From a virus (Duplodnaviria; Caudoviricetes), in IMG/VR virus record IMGVR_UViG_3300021963_007290, positions 38,867 to 102,866 of that record: a stretch of DNA of 64,000 nt; one strand, 5' to 3'. Each line of letters opens with the position of its first letter. Position 1 is the first letter of the stretch. Shown here piece after piece: positions 54,922-64,000 of the stretch. The notes below the pieces were generated by a model that searched no databases, was not told where the DNA came from, and saw only the letters and a list, made by a program, of their open reading frames with translations. Both the position numbers and the translations under genes were made by a program.

Positions 54922-57900
54922 ATGGCCAAATATATCAGTAACCGTCAAAAAGACCTAAAAATTGGCATTAATTCTTATACTGAAAATCAAACAGTATTAG
55001 AGGTTACTGGAAAAGTTGGCATTGGAACTGATCAAGCAACTGCCGATTTAGATGTTGCTGGATCTATAAAATCATCAACTATAGAAGTTGGTGGATCATC
55101 TGGAATAACAATTAATTCCAATACAATTACTGGACCTTCTGAGATAATAATTGATCCAGCGACTGTAGGAGATGAAACTGGAATTATAAGAGTAAGGGGA
55201 GATTTATACGTTGATGGTACAACTACTACCATTAATTCAACCGTAGTTGATATCGCTGACAAGCAGGTAGGAATTGCAACGTCAGTATCAAGCAATATAC
55301 TTCTAGATGGAGCTGGAATTGGAATTGGTTCTGAAAATATTCGTAAAACTTTTGTTTATAATCCATCAAGTGATTCTTTAAAATCTAGTGAAAATATAGA
55401 TTTAAATAATAATAAAGTATATAAAATTAATGAAATTGAGGTTCTTTCTTCGACCACGTTGGGATCTGGAGTTACAAATTCCAGCATAAGAAATGTACAT
55501 CCCGGATTGATATCGGATAGAGATAACGTCTCTGCAACTCCAAATGATTATATTTTATATTATGACTCTGCCGATGGTCAATTAAAAAAATCAACAATCT
55601 TAGAAGCAGCTCTTCAGGGCATACAAGGTCTCCAAGGAAATCAAGGAAATCAAGGTGTTCAGGGATGGCAAGGTCTGCAAGGTGTCCAAGGTCTTCAAGG
55701 TGATCAGGGAGTTCAGGGAGTTCAGGGTTTACAAGGTAATCAAGGTAATCAAGGTCTTCAAGGAGATCAAGGAGTTCAGGGATTACAAGGTCTCCAAGGC
55801 AATCAAGGACTACAAGGTAATCAAGGTCTTCAAGGAGATCAAGGAGTTCAGGGATTACAAGGTCTCCAGGGTAACCAAGGAGTTCAAGGTCTTCAGGGTG
55901 ATCAGGGAGTCCAAGGAGTTCAGGGATTACAAGGTCTCCAGGGTAACCAAGGAGTTCAAGGTCTTCAGGGTGATCAGGGAGTCCAAGGAGTCCAAGGTCT
56001 GCAGGGCAATCAGGGTCTTCAGGGTGATCAGGGAGTTCAAGGAGTCCAAGGTCTGCAGGGCAATCAAGGAGTTCAAGGTCTGCAGGGCAATCAAGGAGTC
56101 CAAGGTCTTCAAGGTGATCAGGGAGTCCAAGGAGTCCAAGGTCTTCAGGGCAATCAAGGAAACCAAGGAGTTCAAGGACTTCAAGGACTTCAAGGCGATC
56201 AAGGAGTTCAAGGACTTCAAGGTGATCAAGGAGTCCAAGGATTACAAGGTCTTCAAGGAAATCAGGGAGTTCAAGGTCTTCAGGCAAATCAAGGTCTCCA
56301 AGGTCTCCAAGGTGATCAAGGAGTTCAAGGAGTCCAAGGACTCCAAGCAAATCAAGGTTTGCAAGGTCTTCAAGGCGATCAAGGAGTTCAGGGTCTTCAA
56401 GGTCTCCAAGGTGATCAAGGAGTTCAAGGAGTCCAAGGTCTTCAAGCTAATCAAGGTGTACAAGGTCTTCAAGGCAATCAAGGAGTTCAAGGTCTCCAAG
56501 GCGATCAAGGAGTCCAAGGAGTTCAAGGATTACAAGGTAATCAAGGTCTCCAGGGGGTTCAAGGTCTTCAAGGAGATCAAGGAGTTCAGGGTGTTCAAGG
56601 TCTACAAGGTCTCCAAGGAAATCAGGGAGTTCAAGGACTCCAAGCAAATCAAGGTTTGCAAGGTCTCCAAGGTGATCAAGGAGTCCAAGGTCTTCAGGCA
56701 AATCAAGGTCTTCAAGGTCTCCAAGGTGATCAAGGAGTCCAAGGATTGCAAGGTCTCCAGGGAAATCAAGGAGTTCAAGGAAATCAAGGTCTTCAAGGGG
56801 ATCAGGGAGTCCAAGGATTGCAAGGTCTCCAAGGAGTTCAAGGACTCCAAGCAAATCAAGGAGTCCAGGGATTACAGGGTCTTCAAGGGGATCAGGGAGT
56901 CCAAGGTCTTCAGGCAAATCAAGGTCTCCAAGGTCTCCAAGGTGATCAGGGAGTTCAGGGTCTTCAAGGTAATCAAGGAAACCAAGGAGTTCAAGGTCTT
57001 CAAGCAACTCAAGGTGTTCAAGGCAATCAAGGCAATCAAGGAGTTCAAGGAAATCAAGGTCTCCAGGGAGATCAAGGAGTACAAGGATTGCAAGGTCTCC
57101 AAGGTGATCAAGGAGTCCAAGGTCTTCAGGCAAATCAAGGTCTTCAAGGTCTCCAGGGAGATCAAGGAGTACAAGGATTGCAAGGTCTTCAAGGCAACCA
57201 AGGAGTCCAAGGTCTTCAGGGTAATCAAGGTCTTCAAGGTGATCAGGGAGTACAAGGTCTTCAAGGCAACCAGGGCAACCAAGGAGTACAAGGTCTTCAG
57301 GCCAATCAAGGTCTTCAAGGTTTACAAGGTAATCAAGGAGTACAAGGTCTTCAGGCAAATCAAGGTCTCCAAGGTCTCCAGGGTGATCAAGGTGTTCAGG
57401 GATTACAAGGTCTCCAAGGCAATCAAGGAGTTCAAGGTCTTCAAGGTGATCAGGGAGTTCAGGGGGTTCAAGGTCTTCAAGGCAATCAGGGAAACCAAGG
57501 ATTACAAGGTCTTCAAGGTGATCAGGGAGTACAAGGTCTTCAAGGCAACCAGGGCAACCAAGGAGTACAAGGTCTTCAGGCTAATCAAGGTCTTCAAGGT
57601 TTACAAGGTAATCAAGGAGTACAAGGTCTTCAGGCAAATCAAGGTGTACAAGGTCTACAAGGCAATCAGGGAGTCCAAGGTGTACAAGGTCTCCAAGGCA
57701 ATCAGGGAGTCCAAGGTCTTCAAGCAAATCAAGGAGTCCAGGGATTACAGGGTCTTCAGGGCAACCAAGGAGTACAAGGTCTTCAAGCAAATCAAGGTGT
57801 ACAAGGTCTCCAAGGAAATCAAGGAGTACAAGGATTACAAGGAAATCAAGGAGTTCAAGGTCTACAAGGTCTAATCGGACCAATTGCTGGTACTGATGGT

Positions 57901-58134
57901 CAAGTCATTTACAATGATAATGGAGTTTCTGGTGGTGCATCAGGTCTCAACTATGACGATGTAAATGTGAGAGTTGGTATTGGAACATCATCACCACAAT
58001 TCCGTGCTGATATTGCTGGAGATCTTCGTATTACCGATTCAAATAAATTGAGATTTGGTGGAACTTCTTCATCCACCAATTTCTATATACAATATAACTC
58101 ATCTACAAATAGTTTAGATTTCATATCGGGTTAA
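54922..58134 (+). CDS. collagen-like (Gly-X-Gln) fibre protein 2 (1070 aa)
   Basis: About 250 in-register GxQ triplets (55618-57885) flanked by VGIGT tail-fibre motifs. Confidence 0.88.
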   Translation: MAKYISNRQKDLKIGINSYTENQTVLEVTGKVGIGTDQATADLDVAGSIKSSTIEVGGSSGITINSNTITGPSEIIIDPATVGDETGIIRVRGDLYVDGTTTTINSTVVDIADKQVGIATSVSSNILLDGAGIGIGSENIRKTFVYNPSSDSLKSSENIDLNNNKVYKINEIEVLSSTTLGSGVTNSSIRNVHPGLISDRDNVSATPNDYILYYDSADGQLKKSTILEAALQGIQGLQGNQGNQGVQGWQGLQGVQGLQGDQGVQGVQGLQGNQGNQGLQGDQGVQGLQGLQGNQGLQGNQGLQGDQGVQGLQGLQGNQGVQGLQGDQGVQGVQGLQGLQGNQGVQGLQGDQGVQGVQGLQGNQGLQGDQGVQGVQGLQGNQGVQGLQGNQGVQGLQGDQGVQGVQGLQGNQGNQGVQGLQGLQGDQGVQGLQGDQGVQGLQGLQGNQGVQGLQANQGLQGLQGDQGVQGVQGLQANQGLQGLQGDQGVQGLQGLQGDQGVQGVQGLQANQGVQGLQGNQGVQGLQGDQGVQGVQGLQGNQGLQGVQGLQGDQGVQGVQGLQGLQGNQGVQGLQANQGLQGLQGDQGVQGLQANQGLQGLQGDQGVQGLQGLQGNQGVQGNQGLQGDQGVQGLQGLQGVQGLQANQGVQGLQGLQGDQGVQGLQANQGLQGLQGDQGVQGLQGNQGNQGVQGLQATQGVQGNQGNQGVQGNQGLQGDQGVQGLQGLQGDQGVQGLQANQGLQGLQGDQGVQGLQGLQGNQGVQGLQGNQGLQGDQGVQGLQGNQGNQGVQGLQANQGLQGLQGNQGVQGLQANQGLQGLQGDQGVQGLQGLQGNQGVQGLQGDQGVQGVQGLQGNQGNQGLQGLQGDQGVQGLQGNQGNQGVQGLQANQGLQGLQGNQGVQGLQANQGVQGLQGNQGVQGVQGLQGNQGVQGLQANQGVQGLQGLQGNQGVQGLQANQGVQGLQGNQGVQGLQGNQGVQGLQGLIGPIAGTDGQVIYNDNGVSGGASGLNYDDVNVRVGIGTSSPQFRADIAGDLRITDSNKLRFGGTSSSTNFYIQYNSSTNSLDFISG
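55618..57885 (+). repeat. 9-nt-period repeat (GGN NNN CAR) encoding Gly-X-Gln
   Basis: Continuous caagg periodicity over about 2.27 kb. Confidence 0.95.
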
Positions 58135-58138
58135 TACT

Positions 58139-58435
58139 ATGGCAATTGTAGGAAGGTTAGATCAATATGCATCTATGCTTGCTGGAGAGTTTGATGAAAC
58201 AACAGAAAATAATGTAGGTATTACTGGATTTGGGACTTATTATGCATCAGAATTTTCCGAAAATGTTGGAATTGAAACCACACTTACTGCAAATGTTTTT
58301 CCACCTTATGACTCCGTATATGATGAATTTGGCGGAACTTTATTTGGATCTGGACAAGGAAGATACATGAGGCAATATACGGATAAAACAGTTATTGTTT
58401 ATAATGAAATTGATGAAGTTACTCCCATTTTATAA
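58139..58435 (+). CDS. hypothetical protein (98 aa)
   Basis: ORF in the fibre operon with internal repeated (A/N)EF(D/S)E motifs. Confidence 0.6.
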   Translation: MAIVGRLDQYASMLAGEFDETTENNVGITGFGTYYASEFSENVGIETTLTANVFPPYDSVYDEFGGTLFGSGQGRYMRQYTDKTVIVYNEIDEVTPIL

Positions 58436-58438
58436 TGA

Positions 58439-58445
58439 ATAAATA
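58439..58445 (+). promoter_or_regulatory. late promoter (ATAAATA)
   Basis: About 22 nt upstream of the ORF at 58467. Confidence 0.6.
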
Positions 58446-58466
58446 TAAAAAAGGTATCAACTAATA

Positions 58467-61289
58467 ATGGCTAGACAGGTACTGCTTGAAACAAATTACA
58501 CATTTACACCTTCAACCAAAACGGTAGTAATTCCTCGTGCCGTACCAAGAGAAAGATTAATATTAATTACAAATGTAACCACAAATCAAGTAATTTATAA
58601 TTTTTCGGATGTCAATTTAACAGCAGGCACTTATACTGTAAATGGAATTGCAGATACAACTACGGTTGTCTTAAATTATGATACTACTGGAATGAGTAGT
58701 GCTGATAAACTTCAATTCGTTGTAGATGATCACGAACAATATATAACTCCATCAGAAACTTTGATGGACCCCGTGGGTAAGATGCGAGTTTCTACACCAC
58801 AGGCACTAATTGATACTGACTTTGAATATGGAACTCAACCAACTAAATGGGAAACTACAACACTTTTAAACAATAGACCCTCCACATTTTATGATGCAAC
58901 AACACCATATACGATTACTAACGTTACTGGAAATGGCACAAGAACTGTCACTGTAACATCAACTGCTAATCCCGGTGTTGGAGTTCCTATTTTTGTTCAA
59001 GATACTGAAGATCCTATTGCAAATGGATGGCAACTTACGGAAACGAGTTCTGTAAGTAGCTTTACTTATGTTGCAAGAGCAAACGTATTTAATGGACAAA
59101 TATATGATGCGTCAAGAACTTATGTTTTTGGTGGAAGTTTCTTTACTGGTGCTCCAATTACTGTAAGTTCTACTGGTGGAGCAGCATTCACTAATGTATC
59201 AACTTTAGTCACTTGCACAACCACTGGTCCTCACGGTCTCTCTGTTGGTGATGGAATTTTTGTAAGAAACACAACAGCATCAACCAACCCACCAAACGGA
59301 GCATTTTTTGTAAAGACAACTCCAACATCAAATACATTTACTTTTGATGTTGACCTAGCACCTACAGGAACAATTACCGCAACGGGTGGAACACAAAATC
59401 TTTACACAAGACCTTATACATCATCTGTTCATAGACCCTTTGATGGTGGTGTAAGTTTTAGCACTGGTACTCCATATAATGGCAATCAATTAATTCGTCA
59501 AACAAGAAGATATTTCCGTTATCAATCCGGTAAAGGTGTTCAGTTCAGTACTGGATCAAATCTTAAGGCAACATTTTCAGTTGATAATGTTACTTCATCA
59601 GGAACAACTGTTACTGTAACTTGTAAGTTTCCTCATAATTTAGGTCCTGGAGCAGTTGTTATTGTTTCTGGTGCAATTCAAAGTGCATATAACGGAATAT
59701 TTACGGTTGCAACAGTGCCAACAGATTTAACATTTACTTATACTGCACTGTCAACACCTTCCGCATCTCCCGCAACAGGATTCCCAATTTCCGTTGCACC
59801 ATATAGTTGGTATGGTGCAAAAATACGTGTTGGGATGTTTGATGAACAAAACGGATTCTTTTATGAGTACGACGGACAAAATTTATATGCGGTAAGACGT
59901 TCAAGTACAGAACAATTATCTGGGGGAGTATCAGTTACTGCTGGATCGGCAACCGTAACTGGAACAAATACTAAATTTTCTTCTCAATTAAAGCCTGGAG
60001 ATTATGTAACAATTCGTGGAATGTCTTATATGATTCTTTCAATTGCAAGTGATACTTCTATGTTCATTTCTCCGGAATATAGAGGAACAACCATTACAAG
60101 TGGTTCAGTAATTGTAACAAAAAGAACTGATACGAAAGTTCCTCAATCTCAATTCAATCTCGATAAATGTGATGGTAATGGACCATCTGGATTTAATCTT
60201 GATTTGAATAAAATGCAGATGCTTTATATTGATTATTCTTGGTATGGTGCCGGAGCAATTCGTTATGGATTCAAGAACCAAAGAGGTGAAGTCATTTATG
60301 CTCATCGAACTGCAAATGCTAACTATAGAACAGAAGCATATATGCGTTCTGGAAACCTTCCGGCAAGATATGAATGTAATACAATTCCACCTAGTACATA
60401 TCTCACAGCAACGCTTACCTCTGGTGTTACTGCATCGGTTTCTGTGAATGATACATCAGAGTTTCCATCATCAGGAACTTTAGTGGTAAGAGCTGCTGGG
60501 GGAACTGGTGCGGCAATCGAATATATAAATTATACTGGAAAAACTGCATCTTCATTTACAGGATTAACAAGAAATATAACTAACTTGACTGGTCCTGGTG
60601 GATTAACTGGTGGTGGTGGAACTGCATCTGCAACTACATTTACCTTTAGTGCAACAGCACCAATTTCAGTTGAACTTCATTCACCACAAACATCCTCAAC
60701 TATAGCTCACTGGGGTTCTTCAGTGATGATGGATGGAAGATATGATGATGATAAATCTTTCCTATTTACCTCTGGCATGAGCAGTTCTCTTAATATTACC
60801 AATGGACAAACTAATGCCTTGATTTCTCTTCGTCTTGCTCCGAGTGTAGATTCTGGGTTAACCGGACTGTTAGGAGCAAGAGATTTGATTAATCGAATGC
60901 AATTGACTCTTCGTGAAATTGGTGTTCTTTCTGGAGGAACTTTCTTAGTTAATATTGTTTTGAACGGAAGAGTAAGTGCTGGAACTTATGCTGCTGCTGG
61001 AGGATCTTCTCTTGCTCAAGTTTGCCTCCATACTTCAAATACCACAGTTACTGGCGGAGAAATAATTTATTCATTCCTTACAGGATCTGGAACTGTGGGT
61101 AAAGATTTGACTCTCGTTCGTGATTTGGGCAATTCAATTCTTGGTGGTGGTAACTCGTTAACTGCACCAACAACAGTAAATAATATATACCCTGACGGTC
61201 CAGATACAATTACTATCACAGCAAGAAATATTGGTGGCGCACAGGCAACGATTAACGCAAGAATTTCTTGGACGGAGGCACAGGCATAA
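58467..61289 (+). CDS. virion structural protein (940 aa)
   Basis: YTFTPSTKTV, LILITNVT, DPVGKMRVSTPQALIDTDFEYG, RQTRRYFRYQSGK, DYSWYGAGAIRYG; contains HGL-type beta-domains. Confidence 0.7.
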   Translation: MARQVLLETNYTFTPSTKTVVIPRAVPRERLILITNVTTNQVIYNFSDVNLTAGTYTVNGIADTTTVVLNYDTTGMSSADKLQFVVDDHEQYITPSETLMDPVGKMRVSTPQALIDTDFEYGTQPTKWETTTLLNNRPSTFYDATTPYTITNVTGNGTRTVTVTSTANPGVGVPIFVQDTEDPIANGWQLTETSSVSSFTYVARANVFNGQIYDASRTYVFGGSFFTGAPITVSSTGGAAFTNVSTLVTCTTTGPHGLSVGDGIFVRNTTASTNPPNGAFFVKTTPTSNTFTFDVDLAPTGTITATGGTQNLYTRPYTSSVHRPFDGGVSFSTGTPYNGNQLIRQTRRYFRYQSGKGVQFSTGSNLKATFSVDNVTSSGTTVTVTCKFPHNLGPGAVVIVSGAIQSAYNGIFTVATVPTDLTFTYTALSTPSASPATGFPISVAPYSWYGAKIRVGMFDEQNGFFYEYDGQNLYAVRRSSTEQLSGGVSVTAGSATVTGTNTKFSSQLKPGDYVTIRGMSYMILSIASDTSMFISPEYRGTTITSGSVIVTKRTDTKVPQSQFNLDKCDGNGPSGFNLDLNKMQMLYIDYSWYGAGAIRYGFKNQRGEVIYAHRTANANYRTEAYMRSGNLPARYECNTIPPSTYLTATLTSGVTASVSVNDTSEFPSSGTLVVRAAGGTGAAIEYINYTGKTASSFTGLTRNITNLTGPGGLTGGGGTASATTFTFSATAPISVELHSPQTSSTIAHWGSSVMMDGRYDDDKSFLFTSGMSSSLNITNGQTNALISLRLAPSVDSGLTGLLGARDLINRMQLTLREIGVLSGGTFLVNIVLNGRVSAGTYAAAGGSSLAQVCLHTSNTTVTGGEIIYSFLTGSGTVGKDLTLVRDLGNSILGGGNSLTAPTTVNNIYPDGPDTITITARNIGGAQATINARISWTEAQA

Positions 61290-61292
61290 GAG

Positions 61293-64000
61293 ATGGCAAA
61301 ACTTAAAGGTGGGACAAGAATATATGGAGCCGTCAAAATCGACGGTGGAATTTATGACAGTTCTAATCAAATAGGAATAGGTGGTTCAATATTAGTATCA
61401 ACTGGAGTTGGTATTAGTTGGACAGAACCTTATGCCGCAGGTCTCCAAGGAAATCAAGGTCTCCAAGGTCTACAAGGTCTACAAGGAAATCAAGGAGTTC
61501 AGGGACTACAAGGTAATCAAGGTGTCCAAGGTCTTCAAGCAAATCAGGGTGTTCAAGGTCTCCAAGGAAATCAGGGAGTTCAAGGGTTGCAGGGCAACCA
61601 AGGAAATCAAGGAGTTCAAGGTCTTCAAGGCAATCAAGGTAATCAAGGAGTTCAAGGTCTTCAAGCAAATCAAGGTGTACAAGGTTTACAAGGTAATCAG
61701 GGAGTTCAGGGACTTCAAGGAAATCAAGGTCTTCAGGGAGATCAAGGAGTACAAGGCCTTCAAGGCAACCAAGGAGTTCAAGGAAATCAAGGTCTTCAGG
61801 GAGATCAAGGAGTACAAGGCCTTCAAGGCAACCAAGGAGTTCAAGGAAATCAAGGTCTTCAAGGAAACCAGGGAGTTCAAGGAAATCAAGGTCTTCAAGG
61901 AAACCAGGGAGTTCAAGGAAATCAAGGTCTTCAAGGCAATCAAGGAGTACAAGGAAATCAAGGTCTCCAGGGAGATCAAGGTCTCCAAGGTCTCCAAGGA
62001 AATCAAGGACTTCAGGGTGTTCAAGGTCTCCAAGGAAATCAAGGACTTCAAGGAAATCAAGGTGTTCAGGGAACAATTGGACCAGTTGCAGGATCAAATA
62101 GTCAAATAATCTTCAATCAAAATAATGTTTCTGCTGGTGCTACTGACTTTGTTTATATTGCTTCTACAGAAAATGTTGGAATTGGATCAACATTACCTCA
62201 AGCAAAATTAACAGTTGGTGGAGATGTAAGTATCAGTGGAGTAGTAACTGCTTCAAGATTTGATGGTAACTTAAATGCACTTGGTAAAACTTATTATGTC
62301 TCCACAAATGGAAGTGATTCCAATAGTGGAACAAACATCAATGAACCATTTGCAACATTATCCCATGCCTTAGGTGTTGCTTCTACTGGAGATATAATTT
62401 CTCTGGAATCTGGAACATATACCGAAGTATTCCCACTTACAGTTCCTTCGGCAGTTACAGTTAGAGGTGCTGGAATTCGTGCGACATTCATTCAGCCGAC
62501 AAATGGAACAAAGCAGAATGATGGTTTCTTATTGAATGGTGAAGTTTCGATTGAAGATCTGAGTATCGGAAACTTCTTTGAACCTGGAGTTGGATTTAAG
62601 TTTGCTAATAATGCAAAAACAACCACTCGTTCTCCATATATTCAAAGAGTTACAGTTTTAAACAAGGGATCTGTAACTTCTGCAACAGATCCTTATGGAT
62701 TTGATACCGCACATGCTCCACCGACATCATATAAAGCAGGCCGTGGTGCCTTAATTGACGGTAGTGTTGTTCAACCAACAACATTAGAACCAGCAATATT
62801 GTTTAATGAATGTACATTCATTTGCCCAGACAACATTGCACTGGAAATGACCAATGGTGCAAGAACTGAATGGGTAAACTGCTTTACATATTTTGCAGAT
62901 ACTGCCATTTATGCACATGACGGAACTGTTGGTCTTGCAAGCACTGGTTATGTAAGAGTTAAAACTTCTGGACTGACTGGATCAACTCCTGGAGCAAATG
63001 ATGAACTTTACTATCTTGAAGCAAACTCACAATCTGGAACTTATGATCAAGTAGGAACTGCACTTACAATCACAAGAGTTGGTCATGGATTAACTGTTGG
63101 AGATAGAGTTTTTGCTGACTTTACTTCTGGAACAGCATCTGATGGATTTTATAGTGTATCCGAATACGTTGGAATTAATACGTTTGCGGTTACGATGGGT
63201 GGTTCTGCAACCACAAGTGGAAATGTATCTTATAAGGAAGCACTTGGATTTGGTACAGTTAGAAGTTACGATACAAGCTCTGGACTTTCTTCTATTACTG
63301 CAAAGGGTGAAGGTTTATTTGAATTACCTTCATCAAGATTAGGTAAGACAGTTACTGCATTTGGAAATGCTCAACTGACAACATCACCTAAGAAGTTTGG
63401 CACTGCTTCGTTAAGTTTGGATGGAACAGGTGATTATATTAGATGTGAAGGTGGATCTGATTTCTTATTTGTAACTGATTTTACAGCAGAACTTTGGATT
63501 TATCCAACAACGGTAACTGGCACTCAGTACTTATTCTCACTCGGAACTGAGACAACTGGCAGATATAACCTTTATTTGGCAAGTGGAGTTGTAACTGGCA
63601 ATTTCTACGGAGGTGCATCAACAACCTTTGGTGGATCAATCGTTGCAAACAATTGGACAAAGATCGCATTAGTTCGTTCTGGATCCACAATTACTGCTTA
63701 TGTTAACGGCACAGCACTTGGAACTACTGAAACAAATTCATCCACCATTGGCAATACTGGACAATTAACAATTGGTGCAGATACAAGTGGTGCCAGTACT
63801 TTTAATGGATATATTGATGAATTCAGATTGTCCAGTAATGCAAGATATACTGGAAACTTCACTCCAGAAACATCTCAATTTAATTCTGATGGAAATGATA
63901 AGATTTTACTGCACTTTAATGGTGTAACGGGAAGTGCATCATTTGTCGATAGTACAGTTCCAAGACAAGATGTTCGTTGGGTAAGAAGTGGTGTAGGAAT
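61293..64000 (+). CDS. collagen-like + beta-helix + LamG/ConA fibre protein (partial; absent from the ORF track)
   Basis: Manual translation from ATG 61293: MAKLKGGTRIYG..., GxQ tract about 61440-62088, TYYVSTNGSDSNSG..PFATLSHAL, RSPYIQRVTV, then SLSLDGTGDY..DFTAELWIYP..IALVRSG..AYVNG..FNGYIDEFRLS (LamG). No stop before the window end. Confidence 0.85.
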   Translation, partial: MAKLKGGTRIYGAVKIDGGIYDSSNQIGIGGSILVSTGVGISWTEPYAAGLQGNQGLQGLQGLQGNQGVQGLQGNQGVQGLQANQGVQGLQGNQGVQGLQGNQGNQGVQGLQGNQGNQGVQGLQANQGVQGLQGNQGVQGLQGNQGLQGDQGVQGLQGNQGVQGNQGLQGDQGVQGLQGNQGVQGNQGLQGNQGVQGNQGLQGNQGVQGNQGLQGNQGVQGNQGLQGDQGLQGLQGNQGLQGVQGLQGNQGLQGNQGVQGTIGPVAGSNSQIIFNQNNVSAGATDFVYIASTENVGIGSTLPQAKLTVGGDVSISGVVTASRFDGNLNALGKTYYVSTNGSDSNSGTNINEPFATLSHALGVASTGDIISLESGTYTEVFPLTVPSAVTVRGAGIRATFIQPTNGTKQNDGFLLNGEVSIEDLSIGNFFEPGVGFKFANNAKTTTRSPYIQRVTVLNKGSVTSATDPYGFDTAHAPPTSYKAGRGALIDGSVVQPTTLEPAILFNECTFICPDNIALEMTNGARTEWVNCFTYFADTAIYAHDGTVGLASTGYVRVKTSGLTGSTPGANDELYYLEANSQSGTYDQVGTALTITRVGHGLTVGDRVFADFTSGTASDGFYSVSEYVGINTFAVTMGGSATTSGNVSYKEALGFGTVRSYDTSSGLSSITAKGEGLFELPSSRLGKTVTAFGNAQLTTSPKKFGTASLSLDGTGDYIRCEGGSDFLFVTDFTAELWIYPTTVTGTQYLFSLGTETTGRYNLYLASGVVTGNFYGGASTTFGGSIVANNWTKIALVRSGSTITAYVNGTALGTTETNSSTIGNTGQLTIGADTSGASTFNGYIDEFRLSSNARYTGNFTPETSQFNSDGNDKILLHFNGVTGSASFVDSTVPRQDVRWVRSGVG

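Noticed and set aside
55655-57874. 739-aa Lys-rich alternative-frame ORF and several antisense ORFs over the collagen tract
   Set aside because: The GGN-NNN-CAR periodicity almost excludes stop codons in these frames, so they are repeat shadows with no credible start signals.
61408-62109. 233-aa (+), 227-aa (-) and 124-aa (-) ORFs
   Set aside because: Shadows of the GxQ tract. The real gene starts at 61293 and runs off the window.

Overview
AT-rich segment of a T4-like myovirus genome, most likely a cyanophage (Kyanoviridae-type). The evidence is recognisable baseplate genes (g53, g48, g4, g26, g51, g5), a cp12 auxiliary metabolic gene, TATAAATA/ATAAATA late promoters and a cluster of six tRNAs. 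Layout: 1-23.6 kb is a baseplate/tail module, including two giant paralogous tape-measure-like proteins, the second carrying up to six peptidoglycan-hydrolase-like domains. 23.6-26.6 kb is a small accessory island (2OG-Fe(II) oxygenase, antisense glycosyltransferase-like gene, tRNAs including Ile-UAU, a candidate small RNA, sigma70-type promoters). 26.7-64 kb is a long array of fibre/adhesin genes (beta-helix paralogues, three Gly-X-Gln collagen-like proteins, a glycine-rich adhesin, a LamG protein). The most unusual observation is an apparent nested ('Russian-doll') architecture in the 2852-aa protein: about 12-14 tandem 10-aa 'first strands' are followed by about 14 beta-domains that each lack that strand. 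Smaller nested insertions recur in neighbouring fibres. All protein calls come from motif recognition by eye and synteny; no database searches were run.
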